From assembly GCF_009914755.1 (NCBI RefSeq), contig NC_060947.1: a stretch of 64,000 nt of DNA, one strand, 5' to 3'. This DNA is from the human T2T-CHM13v2.0 reference genome, Homo sapiens. The notes beneath the pieces were generated by a model, which worked only from the letters and a program-made list of their open reading frames with translations, was not told the origin of the DNA and ran no database searches. This document shows positions 29,131 through 46,833 of this stretch, piece after piece. A program made the translations under genes and the position numbers. How positions within the stretch are numbered: position 1 is the first letter of the stretch; every line of letters begins with the position of its first letter.

Positions 29131-29142
29131 TGGAAAATACTG
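28962..29142. mobile_element. MER5A/MER5B-type hAT MITE inside the promoter
   Basis: TIRs ctgtgtttcccaaactt / aagtttggaaaatactg, MER5 core 'gagattctgattcagtaggcctg', TSD AATTAGAG (28954-28961) / AATTAAAG (29143-29150). Confidence 0.85.
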
Positions 29143-29186
29143 AATTAAAGGAAACGGGGCCTGGCTGCAGAAGCAGCCTCCACTAG

Positions 29187-31514
<2,328 letters not shown>

Positions 31515-31810
31515 AGTGACACACAGACCTACCTGCAATGGAAGATGACGACACCAATACTACAACTGGCATCGAGATCTAAAGGACCTACTTGACCATG
31601 GCCCATGGGCCTGACAGAGTAAGAATTGAACAGTACCCAGTGTCCAAAAGGTCCTGATTGGAAGAGAAATAGAAGGGGAGGGAGAAGAGGCTCTAGTCTA
31701 AGCAGTTGATGAAAGGGAAATTAAATGGTAGAAACACTCTGGGTGAGGAAGGCAGGAGCAGGAAAATGCTGACACTGGTACATATCCTATATTCCTCCAA
31801 AAGATTGTGT

Positions 31811-31846
31811 GGGAAAGTGTGGGGGGGAGGGGGGTGGTGGGGGGGG
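31811..31846 (+). other. Predicted G-quadruplex in the USP27X 3' UTR
   Basis: G3, G7, G6 and G8 runs with short loops. Confidence 0.65.
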
Positions 31847-32062
31847 AGTGTGCCCTTGTAACCGTAAAACATCTTTCTCCATGGGTGTTTCAGCTTCAAT
31901 TGACCAATCACATAACAGTTATATGTTTGGGGGGAAAAAGAAAAGTTTCTAAAAAATGTAGCCCATTACATATATGGGTATGAAAGCAGAAAAGTGGAGG
32001 AGGCAGGGATATCATTGACAAACACCTTTGCCAGTTTCTTTGTATTCGTGATTTTTTGTGCT

Positions 32063-32080
32063 ATTAAATGCAGTATTAAA
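32063..32080 (+). terminator. Two candidate ATTAAA polyadenylation signals
   Basis: ATTAAA at 32063-32068 and 32075-32080, ~550 nt after the stop codon; use is not shown by the sequence. Confidence 0.4.
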
Positions 32081-32232
32081 ACAAGAAAAGCCCACCTGGG
32101 CTAGTGAAAGGAGAGGAAATAAGGGGGCTTGTAAAAGGGGAGCCGTCGCTCCAAAAGTAGAGAAGACAAGAAATGCTGTAAGATAAGCAACCAACGCAGA
32201 CAGGCCTCAGCTAAGAGTATAGTGTGTGTGTG

Positions 32233-32264
<32 letters not shown>

Positions 32265-32440
32265 GCTGTATGATATACTTGAGCAAATCAATGAACCTCT
32301 TTGCGATTGTTTTATCATCTGTAAAATGCAGATAATTCCTACCTTAAAGGGTTATTGTTAAAGATAAAATGATATAAAAATGTGTCAAAGTATAAAGTAA
32401 AAGGCTTGGAACTTTGTAGGGACTCAGTAAACGTTTGTTG
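32265..32440 (+). mobile_element. MIR
   Basis: 'cttgagcaaatcaatgaacctctttgc...tcatctgtaaaatgcagataattcctacctt'. Confidence 0.7.
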
Positions 32441-33679
32441 GATCCAAACCTGAAACTTCTTTGGACCAGGCCCAGAATGCATCAGAGGTGGGGGTCAGTC
32501 CTGCCTGAGACCCCTGGACAGAAGGGACACACATCATGTCACATACAGTCACACACACATTCTCCACAACTCCCTCCCCAATGCTGTCTATTTAGAGTAC
32601 CAAGGCAATGAACTCCACTTTTGTCCCTTGTGTGCAGGGCATCACAGTGGGTGCCACCTGGGATTGGGGGTGGAAAGGACCACAGCTGTCCCATAAGGTC
32701 ATTATTCTGTCCTTTTGGAGGACAGTCATGTTGCTTTCATGATTCAGATCCCAGTGATGGGACTCTCATGGCCAGTAGGCTGCCAGGCTTGCACACGAGG
32801 GAATTTGGTGGTCTTCGTCTTCTAAAAACATTATGGGTTCGGTTGCTATGTTTACTCACAGGCACAGATCAGTAGAAAGACTGTTTTCCAAAGTTCACTG
32901 GCCCATCAGCCCAGGGATATTGATAGAGTGGCTTGTTGGCCCCTTCCCTGATACTGTCAGAGGGCAGAGCAGCCTGCAGAGAGCTAAGCCAAAACAGATG
33001 GGATGAACCCAGGATGGGGTAAGCACTATGAGTCCTTCTCTCATCAGCATCAGGTACAAAAGTAATTGTTACCTAGATAATCCTGGAGGGAAATTGAATG
33101 CGTATCACATCCATGGGGCTTGGATCCACTGGCTCTGGTAAAAGGCTGGGCTCCCCATTGCTTCCCAAGTCTACTTCATGGTCAACTCATTTGGAAATAT
33201 ATGTTTATTTACGTGGCTGTGGGTGCATCACAACTAGCTTATAGGCTTTTTTAGGACAGGAGTTGTGTCTCCTCTTGTACCTTGGGATGCATTCTCATTC
33301 CCTTAGCTCCTGTCACATGGTAAGTAGGTATTCAAAACATTTACTGAATGAATGAATGGATGGATGAGTTAATGAACCAATACACCTTCCTTTCATAACC
33401 GAGATTTCATTAACACCTAGGGCTCATAATTTTCAGGAGAAAATGTAAAAAGTTGTTATTTTTGGTGTCTTGTAGGATGGGGGAGCTCAAGAGATGGGTG
33501 ACTTTGGATGGCACTTGGCAACTTCGTGCAGGGTGTCTGACTACCTTTTGGGATGGGTCTGGTATCCCTACCTGGAAGAACACAGCCATGTCCTCATTCT
33601 TCATCTCTGCCAGGGGAAGAGTCCAGGCAGGCCTGTGCCACCAGATCCTGACTGCTTGCACAGAAACTGACCTTTAAAA

Positions 33680-34210
33680 ATTTTAAACATTTTTATTTGG
33701 AAATCATTTCAAGTTTACAGAAAAGTTATAAAAAATAGTATAAAGAGCATCTGTATGCTCTTTACCAGATTTACCTGTTGGGAAATTTTACCTCATTTGT
33801 ATTATCATTTGCACATGTGCACTCTTTTATAAATGGGGGTGTGTATTTTTGAACGATATGAAGATAAATTAATTACATATATCATGGCCCTCCATGCCTA
33901 AATATGTCAGTGTGCATTTCCTAAAAATAGGCATATTCCCCACATCACTACAGTAGAGCTTCAGAAAATTTAACATTGATAGAATACATTAATCTACGAT
34001 TTGTATTCCAATTTTGTCTGGTGACCCAGTAAGGTCCTTTATAGCATTTTCCCACTCTATTGCAGGATCTGGTTTAGGGTGAAGTATTGCATTTAGTTGT
34101 CATCTCTCTTTAGCCTCCTTTAATCTGGAACATTTCCACAACCTTTCTTCATCTTGTATGACATTCACATTTTTAATAGCACATTCCTCATTTTGGGTTT
34201 GTCTGATACA
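33680..34210 (-). mobile_element. L1MC/L1ME 3' end
   Basis: 'tttttatttggaaatcatttcaagtttacagaaaagttataaaaaatagtataaagag'. Confidence 0.75.
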
Positions 34211-34929
34211 GAAAACCCTTTTAAATACCCTGCACTCAACCATAGTTCTAAGAGGAACTCACTGAGAGCTATGAATGGCAAGAGATGCTGAACCTGACCT
34301 CCCTGTCTCGGCTGGTGGAAGGCACAGACCGCCAGGGGGAGCAGCTGTGCTGGGCACTTTCTAATTGAACCTCATGCCTCCTATATCTGGAAAACAGCAT
34401 TGTCCCTTAGCAACAGGGCAGCCATTCAAGGCCAGTCCTATGCCCCTACGAGTCACTAACCCCCAAATTGAGCAATGGAATGTAACAGCAGCCAGAGCCT
34501 GCCTTCAGATCATACCATCGTGGAACCCAAGGCATCATGTATTCAGCAGGTATGTGTTAACCTTGAGCTCAAACTGAGATCCAGGCATGTTTGAGAATGT
34601 CTGGCACATGGTCAGGCACCTCCACGATTAGGGCCTTTAGGGGTATCAGGAAGTAGCACCCTTGGCACCTTCACTAACGTTCCCACGGTGAGCACAAATA
34701 CAGCAGTGGCAGGGGTGGGGAGGGAAGGGGTAACTAGTTCTCAAACAGCTTCATGGTCAGAGTACACAAAGATAGGGGCCCAGAATAAGTAAGAAAGAAC
34801 ATGGGAGATGGTGAAAACGGATTGGTTTGTAACCTACTGGGGACTTGCAGACACAATTGGGTTATTTTTCATGTGGGCTGGAGTTCCTAGATGAGCAGAT
34901 GGGACAAGAACCAGTGAAATTTAAGCTAA

Positions 34930-35242
<313 letters not shown>

Positions 35243-36639
35243 TAATTCTTTAGCAGAGACTTCATTTACATCCACATACTGTTAGGACTGGGAGACTTGG
35301 TTCGTATGTAGGTTTGTGATCTGGACTCAGAGGGGCACAGGTGAAATATGGGTGCTCACAACTGGGGGCATTAACCACCCACAGAGTTCAGAACCATGTA
35401 CCAAACAATGAGATACTGCCCTGTCACCCATTACACATTTCTTCCCACAATTTCGTGGCATAATTTGATTAGAAATCCAGGACCCTGCCATTTACCATTT
35501 CTTGGAGTAGCCAGATGCTAAAACTGACTCTGGCCTGCAGGTCACATTGGTAACTGTCTCACTTATTCACTGTCTACAGGGAATTCTGATCAGGGACGCC
35601 ATCAACCAAAAGGCCTTTTTCCGATCAAGAAACAGAGTGGCCCCCACGCAACTCTTACTTTCAAATCCAGTAGACCTGGTGCCAGAAACCTGTGTTTCCT
35701 CCAAATGTATGTTTCACACCCAGAAACGAAGGCCCAGATCCTCTGAAAGTATGTAGCCCAGCACTCACCACAGTGTGTCATTACACACTTGCTCTGCAGG
35801 TGAGACCCAGTGCCATTTTTAAACTCTTATATTGAAGTATATCAAATATACAGGAAAAGTGCACATATCATTTATAACTTGATGAATTTCTACAAAGTAA
35901 ACATATCCCTGTAAGCAGCATCCAGATCAAGAAACAAAACATTCCCCAGAACTCAAAGACACCTATCTTAACTTCTTTTCACTGTAGATTAGTGTTGTCT
36001 GTCTTTAGACCTTCTCTAAATGCAGTTGTTCAGCATGTACTCTTTTATGTCTGGCTTCTTTTGTTCGATAGTCATTTTATGAACTTCAGACCTCGAGTCT
36101 TTTTTTTTTTTAAAGTAATACCCTCTCAGAGAGGAGAGAGTGGGCTGGCCTCTGTGAAATGAGATCAGCCTGAAGTCTTTTTGTCAAGAAAAATTAGGAG
36201 GAACTTCATTATTTCTGTCTAATGAACTAAGAGTAGGAATCCCTACTCGTCCCTGTGATTTATTTGTTTGTTTGTTTGTTTTATTTATTTATTTTCTTTT
36301 GAGATGGGGTCTCACTCTGTCACCCAGGCTGGAGTGCAATGGTGCAATCATGCAGTGTCGACCTCCTGGGCTCAAACAATCCTCCCACCTCAGCCTCCTG
36401 ATATTGAATCAATTCGGAGGGACTCAGGCCATTGCAAAGTTGTGTCTTTGCCTTGAGAATGTCTATAATCTCACTCAGGTACAAGAAAGTGTCTCAAGAG
36501 TGTCTGTAATATCACTCAGGTAAAAGAAAATGGTGGATGGAAAATAACCTTCCAAAGAAGCTTGGGTTAATTTAAGCACCCAAGAAATGTTAATCTTGGG
36601 CAACACTTCAGCCTTGTTCCAGTAGCTCCTGAATGCAAT

Positions 36640-36842
36640 ATTCTGGTAATTTCTCAAACTTTAATATGCATCAGAGGTCCTCATGTACCAAGAGGGCTCA
36701 TTAACACACAGATTGCTGGGTCCCACCCCCAGAGTTTCTGGTTCAGTAGATCTGGGATGGGGGCTTGAGAATTTGCATTTCTAACACATCCCCAGGTGAT
36801 GCCCATACTCCTAGTTCTGGGACCACACTTTGAGAACCACTG
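36640..36842. mobile_element. MER5A
   Basis: 'ttctcaaactttaatatgcatcaga...cagagtttctggttcagtagatctggg...gggaccacactttgagaaccactg'. Confidence 0.9.
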
Positions 36843-39800
36843 ATCTATTCGTTATCTCACCTTCCTGGAGTCCAAGGAGTCTATGAAGATGGCCCAGGGA
36901 GCACCTTGGAGAGCACTGCAGGGAGCAAGGAAAATAAGTTGGTGAGATCAGAACTCTCAACCCCACTTCAACCAGAGAAGCTCTCCTCTTATTTGTTTGG
37001 TATTTGGGGGTTCCAGGTAATACTTGCAGAAAGGGTTCTGCTACTAAACTATTTTAAAGTTGAAACTCACTGTGGTAAGAAATTTTAGACCCCAGGGGAA
37101 TGATATACTTAAACGACCTGGTGGTGTGTCTGGAAAGTAATCCAGCCTGCTACAGAGGCCTGGCCTCATGTGCACTCACAATCTAGATGGTCCTGAGGGG
37201 AGACTTAATTTCTTTAGAACTTAAAGAAGTGGATATTTATGAGGATGGAAATGATAAGGAAGAATGCTTAATTATAAAAAGGTGCCAAATTGTGTGTATA
37301 AAACATGGTTTCTTCTGGCAACACAGCACACTAAGATGATATAACTAGTGCCTCGTTCCCACTACAAACATAGATTAACACTAGATCAACTAGAACAAAA
37401 ATTTACATTTCTAGCTGAGCTTTAAAAAATAAAAATCAAAATCTCTAGGGAAACAAAAGGAAAAACAAAAGGCAGTGTAGTAGTTGTAAACAGACACTGC
37501 AGTGTCCTGTGTGGTATTGGTTCCAGATATCAGGCCCTGAGGGCTAGGGACTTGGAGCTGGGAGTCCAATACCCATCCAGGTGCTGACAACACAGCTTCA
37601 GGTCCACCACAGGCAGAGGAGCTATAGGTGAAACCTCTGGGTAAAGCCTTTAGTAACTTCTCTTGTCCATTAAAAGGGGGTTGAAGAATAAACAATGAAA
37701 GGGCTTATGTTGTCTCTGGAACCACAAGGAGAAATAAAAATCCCAGGCCTATGTTCTATGTGGATGTGGGGTCAAAATTTACTGTGTGGTATGGGAATCA
37801 CATGCTGAAAAATTAAAAGCTGGGACAGAACCATTGAAACCTATAGAATCTCAGCAAAAGCAAATGCAATACATTTTTATGATCCAGGGTAATGGAACCC
37901 CACAGAAAAAGAAAGGATCTGCTGAAGATGGGCTCAGAAATAAGCAACAATAAAAATCAAGTCCTTGCATATAAATGATACGCCATGAAGGAGAGTCACC
38001 AGTTGCCATAAGGAGAATTAGTACCCCCAAGAAATACTGCTGAGAAGAACTGCTACTCTTTTTTTGAGAGTGAAATGAGGAAATTTTCAGGGAAAAAAAA
38101 CAAAACTAAACTAAGAAAATTTAGCAATAATAGCCTCTCACAAGAATAACTACCACAAGAGATACTTCACGAAGGAGGAACTTGAAAGTAGGGAGAAGGG
38201 GTGAATAGGAGGCAAGGAACAGTGAACAAAAATTGTAAACGTGGGGAAATCTAAATGAGCATTAATTATATAAGGCAATAATAATGCTAAAGAATATGGG
38301 AGTATAAAAACAAGCTGGCACTAAAAACACAGAAGCACACAAAAACATGTAGGACACACCCCATAAATATGTGCAACTATTATGTATTCATAAAAAGAAA
38401 AATAAATAAACATGTAAGACAGCAGGGCACTATTCATATTTAAAGCATTCTAAGGTGGTTGTATTGTTTGGAAAGACAGTAGGGATATTGCCTGAATTTA
38501 GACCTTGTTAAGTCAAGTATGAATGTTTAACCATTTAAGAGTATGGACTTCTAGGTTCTGGCAATGGCAGAATTAGTTATTTGATTTGACTTCATTATTG
38601 AATTAATGAAGAAATGCTGAATAAAATATTTCAAAACTACTTTAAAAGCACTGAAGAGCTGAGAGGACAAAGGAAAACTTCCAGGCCAACTTTTGGATGA
38701 CAGCTGCAACCAAACAGGTAAACAGAATATAGAGGCATCAAAGCCAATTTGATTTAAGGGCATTTGCCTACACTGCCCACCTGAGCTTTGATTCAATGGC
38801 CACACAGGATTGGGGGAAAGAAGGCAAGGCTCAGGATCAACCCAAGGTAGGAGTTTAATAGGGAACCCTCTCCACATTAACCTGAGACCCCAAGGGACTA
38901 TCTCTGCAGCCTGAGGGCCATCCAGAACTAAGCCTATTATAGATTTAGTTATAGTAGGAGCTTCTGTTCCCAATACTCCCTGAGAACTATACAGAAGTCT
39001 GCCTTGGTGCTAAGTAGAGCTCTCTTGCTAAAAAAGAAAGGGTTAAAAAGAAGGCTACAAAATCTATTCCTGAGAAGATGAGGCCACACTCCAGCCCTCA
39101 GACAGATTGACTCCCCTATTATCCATGGCCTGGGTCAGCTACAGAACTTCAAACCATGAACTTAGTTGTGGGTGGCTGCCAGACAGGTAGCACTCCAAGG
39201 TGCTCAGTAGAAACAAATACAAAATCTCTGGAGGAGAATAAATCCATCTCAGGCCTCAGGGAACCGCCACAAATAAATTGTCACAGGCAATGATCAGAAA
39301 GCAGGCTAAAATAGTCAGTTGCATAATGAAACAAGGTAACTTGACTTAGAACCAGCAGGGAAAGGAAACAATAGAAACAAACTTGCTCAGGCTTCATATC
39401 ACAGAGTTATTAGACACATTTTAAAATGACCATGTGTTCTATGTTTAAAGAAATAGATTATTAATCTGAAAATATCTGCAGAGAAGAGGAACCCATAAAA
39501 AGTGACATGGCATATTGTGGGGAAAAGAGGGGGAAAAACTTCTAAAAGTGAAGAAATGAAAATATGGGATAGAGAGGAGAGATGTGGAGGATGTAATTAG
39601 GAAATCTAGCATACATTGATTACAATATGAGAGGAAGATAATATGACTACGAAATACTGTTACTATTCATATACTTAATATTCAATAATTCAAAAGTTGA
39701 CAATGTTAATATTAAATAATAATAATGGTTGAGTATTTTAATAGACCCAATGAAAGAAATCAATCCACACATTTAAGAAGCCCAACAAATACCAAGTAGG

Positions 39801-40788
39801 ATAAATAAAAAGAAATCTACACCCAGATACTGCAGAAAAACGAAGAGAAAGAGAAAATGGAGCCAGGGGAAATATGACAGCTCATTTCATGGGAATAGCA
39901 ATTAGACTGACAGCTGACTTCTCAACAATCAGAAAATAATGAAATGATCTTCAATTTGATTATTGTTAACTTAGCATTCTATACTCAGCAAAAATATTTA
40001 TAAAGGATGAGAGTAAAATAGAGACATTTTCAGGCAAACATTGAGATAATTCTTCATCAGCAGGTCCTCACTAAGGGAAATTCAGTAAAAAGCAGAAGGA
40101 AAATTATCCCAAGTAGAAGGTCTGTGATGGGTGAAAGAATGAAAAGTAAAGATGATGGTAAACATGTGGACAAATGCAAATAAACACTGAAGTATAAAAT
40201 AATCACAATCATTGCTAGTGGGATTTGAAAAAGCAATGGAGACTTGAAATACAAGATAACATTAGCATATGAGTTTTAAGTTATTGAGTTATCTAAAAGA
40301 AGGGTAAAGGAATTTTTTTTTCAAATTTTAGACTTTTGTAAGTAAATTATGCATATTGTTATTTCTGAAGTAGCCATTAAAAAATAGAAACAGAGGGCAC
40401 AATGTCCTTACACACTAGCAGAGGGGGGCAACAGAATGATAATAAGAGATATATAACTTCCAAGCCACCAAAGGATAAAATGGGGTTAAACTCCATCAAT
40501 CAAATTGAAGGCAGGAAAGAAGAGGAAAAATAAAGAAGCATTGAAAAATTAGAGTAACTCAAGGGTTGAAGAAAAGTCATAATGTAAATTAGAAAATACT
40601 TAGAACTGAATGATAGAAATATAGCTATAAAAGTTGTGAGATAGAACTAAAGCAGAACTTAAAGGGAGCAGTATGGCCTTGAATTTTTTTTATTAAAAAG
40701 CAAGTTAAAATTTAATGATTTAAACATCTAATTAAAGAAGTTAGAAAACCAACAACAAATTAAGCCTAATGAAAGTAGGTATAATCTA

Positions 40789-41217
<429 letters not shown>

Positions 41218-41258
41218 TTAAAAGGCTCAAGTGAATAATATTAAGAATGAATAGAGGG

Positions 41259-41611
<353 letters not shown>

Positions 41612-43013
41612 TTAAGAAAAATTAGAAAGACTGAAAGATGTATATTTTTAAAAATTGAATCAATAACTAAAAATCTACTCTCCCCCAGAAAATTTTTAAA
41701 AAGGTTTCTAAGGTGAGATCTACCAAAGCTACCTGATACAAACTGTTCTAGGAAATGTAAAACGAGGAAATACTTCCACATCATTTTATGCAATTAGTAT
41801 ATAATCTTTACATCAAAACTGGTGAGAATAGTACAAGACAAGAATATTTTCAACCAGTCTCATAAACCTGGATACAAAAACCCTAAAAATACTTGCAAAC
41901 TGAATTACCAATGTATATGAAAAAGCTATATCATGACCAAATTATATTTATCTCAGGGATACAAGGATGGCTTAATGTTAGAAAGTTTATTAAAATTTTT
42001 GGTTAAAGATGGAGGGCTGAATCTCACATTAGCTTTTTCTCTCTCTCAATACCTCACTAATTTGCTAGTAAAGGGAATTTAAAATGGAACAAATCCACAG
42101 AGACAGGAAGAATGAGTTTGTATACAGCAACAATAAAATTAAGGGGTCTAGAACCAGCTCTGGTTTCAGCTCCAACATGTAAAAAACTTGGAAATCATCA
42201 TGCCTGTCCCTACAGTAAGAAGGTAGTGTAAACTAAAAATAGATTATTTTTCCTAGACCCATCAGAGAATTGAAGTCACAGGGCAAATTACTACCCTGAA
42301 ATCTGGAGAGACAGGGAGATCCAAAGAGATTCAGCACCTGAGATGTGCTTACCTAGAATAAAAGCTGGTGACAGCCATAAGTGGTAGGACCACTTACTTG
42401 ACTAGTGGTTTTGACAAGTTGCTGGAAACTGAGTGAGGACTAGCATGAGACTGAGAAATACCTGAAGGCCACACTTATAGGAGAAGTTCACACTTTTGAG
42501 GGCTTTCCCTGCAATAACTTCACCAAGTTCTCATGATAAGGATCTGAGAAAAATCCCCCTGAGGATCTGGCTGATGTAGGGGGAAGTGTAGCTATTGCGT
42601 AACCCCTAGATACTTCTTCATAACAAAAGTCTATTCTTGGGTTCCGGGATCCTTCATCATAAAGTAGTACTGAAACTTTATCCCACCTGGAGAAGGGATT
42701 TCCACTCCGCTCCAGGCTTTCCGTATCACCTAAAGGGAAAAAAACAGTAAATAGGGAACAGGCTTAAGGGAAATAGATTGGAAATGCTGCAATCAGGAAG
42801 GGGAGTAGGGAGATGAGTTAGGCTCCTGAAGGAAGGATGGAACCATTTGTGTAGGCTACAACCCCCGAGACCCAGGCACACTCAAAGACTGATAATTAAT
42901 CAGAAGATTATAGACTGATTCCCTTCCCCCACACCCTACCCAATCTCTCATATCCTGGTACTAAGATATTAGGATTGTGGCACCATCTTTGTGGAAGACT
43001 GGGTTAGGTCTGA

Positions 43014-43370
<357 letters not shown>

Positions 43371-43885
43371 TGATATAAGAAACTTATGTTGAGGATGTGG
43401 ACCAGTTTATAGTATTTTTCAACAGGTAGCCAGCCCATCAAATTATGAGTGGGAATTGGAAAAGGACCAGTTCAATACCTATGCGTAGAAACTGGGAGAA
43501 AATGACGAAAGAGAAAGGAACATAATCAAAGAGCAAATGGCAAAGTTTACCCAAGGAAACACTGGAAGTATTATAAATATCATGATGGTGTATAGATATC
43601 ATACTATCATAATGGGTCAGAGGGCATAATGAAGAAATATAAGAGCTCAAAGAAGACAATTAAGATAATATTTTAACCAAGTTTGTAAATCTCAGAACAA
43701 AATAGAAAAGAAAAATAAATTACAAAGCCACATGAGAAGCAAACAAATAAACAAACCTCACAGCTAAAAAAATAGATACACTGTGAAAAAGCTCAAGAAA
43801 ATCACACCAAACAAAATGGAAGAGAGCAAATAGCACCGTAATTATAGAGAGAACTACAGCCTATAAGGTAGGTAAAGCTGGTGTG

Positions 43886-43964
43886 AGAAATCCTTCATCT
43901 CACCCCAAATAAAGAAATCCTTCATCTCACCCCAAATAGAAACCCTTCATCTCACCCCAAATAA
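43886..43964. repeat. Tandem triplication of a 25-27-bp unit AGAAATCCTTCATCTCACCCCAAAT(AA)
   Basis: Three copies read directly, one substitution. Confidence 0.93.
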
Positions 43965-44149
43965 ATAAATTCTGTATAAAATGTAACAGAAATAAGATAG
44001 GTATAGCAACATTCAGTCAAGAAAGGAGATCATGAGTACCAGGGACAAAAAGGGAAGGCAAATTTAGATCAATGACCCTGAGCTGAAGCTGAACCACCTA
44101 AGGAGGGTATGGCACTTCGGTATATACTAGCAGTAATAATGAAAGGGAG

Positions 44150-44550
44150 CTCTGGGGACCCCGGGGGGGAACCTTTTGGGGGTTCACAAAGTCAAAACTA
44201 TTTTCACAATAATACCGAGATTTTATTTGAATTTATTGATTTCTTTATTAAGTACATAGTGCAGTTTTCCTGGGGCTATGATATTACAACAGGTTGAATA
44301 TAGAAGGAGATATGAGAATCCAGCCAGATTTGTAAAAATGTAAAACAATGCAATTAAATGTTTTGCATATTTGAATATATACTTATTTTTCACTAAAAGT
44401 ATGTTATTTATGTAACATGTAACATGTTTTCAGTATTATTTTAAATGAATTAACAAATTAATATTTAAAAATTTTATCACTTTTAAGTTCTATTATGGCA
44501 AATATTGATAGATATAACCCACCTAAACAAAAGTTCTTTAGGATGTTCAA
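44150..44550. mobile_element. hAT-Charlie non-autonomous element
   Basis: 'aaagtcaaaactattttcacaataata', 'aatatagaaggagatatgagaatccagc', 'aaatattgatagatataacccacctaaacaaaagttcttta'. Confidence 0.65.
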
Positions 44551-45082
44551 AATAATTTATTTTTATGTTAAAATTAACATATAGTAAAACTGAGTTTGTT
44601 GGCATGCAGTTTGAAGAATTTTAGCACTTGCATATGTTCATGTAACCACCACCACAAACAGAATAAAGAACAGTTCTATTACACTCAAAATCCTTTGTGC
44701 TGTTCCATTGTCACACCTTACCCCAACCCTAAGCCCTGACAACTGATTTGCTCTCCATCACTATAGTTACAACTTTTTGAGAATGTCATATAAATGGAAT
44801 TATACAATATGTCACCTTTTGAGACTTTCTTCTTTCCCTTAGCATGATGGCTTTGAGATACAATCAAGTTGTAGGGTGAATCCATAGTTCCTTTTTATTT
44901 CTGAGTGCTACTACAGTTTATTTATCCATTCACCCATTGAAGAATATTTGGGTTATTTCCACTTTGGGGCTATTACAAATAAAACTACTATGAACATTCA
45001 TGTACAGGTTTCATTTGAACATTTTTCCAAGGTGAATACACAGGAGTGGGATTGCCAGATCATATGGTAAGTGTATGTTTAA

Positions 45083-45676
<594 letters not shown>

Positions 45677-45764
45677 TAATTTAGGCATTTAAATAGGTGT
45701 GTAGTAGTATCTCATCATGGTTTTAATATGTATTTTCTTAATGGCTATTGATATTGATAATCAT

Positions 45765-46122
<358 letters not shown>

Positions 46123-46833
46123 TGATTGTTGAAGTCTTTTGGCCATTTTAAAATGGTGCTTAAATTTTCTAACTGCTGAGTTGTAAGAGTTCTTTATACA
46201 TGCTGGATAGAAGTCCTCTGTCAGATATGTGATTTGAAAGTATATTATCCTGATCTGTAGCTTCTCATATCCTTCTCTGAACAGTGTCTTTCACAGAACA
46301 AAAGATTTTGGTTTTGATGAAGTCCAAATTATAATCTTTCTTCTTTTATAGATCATGCTTTTTGCGTCATGTCAAAAAATTTTACCTAATCCCAGATTAT
46401 AGAGATATTTCTCCTGTTTTCTGCTAAAAGTTTCACACTATTATATTTTACATTTATATATGTTGTTGATTTTGAATTAATGTTTGCATAAGGTGTAAAG
46501 TTAAGGTTGAGGTTCTTTTTTTTGTATATGAAAGTACAGTTGTTCCAATACCATTCATTCATTTGTTGAAAATATAATCCTCTCTTCATTGAATTGCCTT
46601 TGCACTTTTATCAAAAATCAAATGTCCATACTGGTGTGGGGCTATTTCTGAACTCTCTGTTCTGCATTGATCTACATGTGTGTGCCTTCACTAACACCAC
46701 ACTCTCTGGACTCTATAACTTCATAGTAAGTCTTACAGTCAGGTAGTCTCATTACTTCAGCTTTATTCTTTTAAAAATTGTTTTAGCTATTCTCATTCTT
46801 TTGTCTTTTCATATAAATTTTGGTATCACCTTG

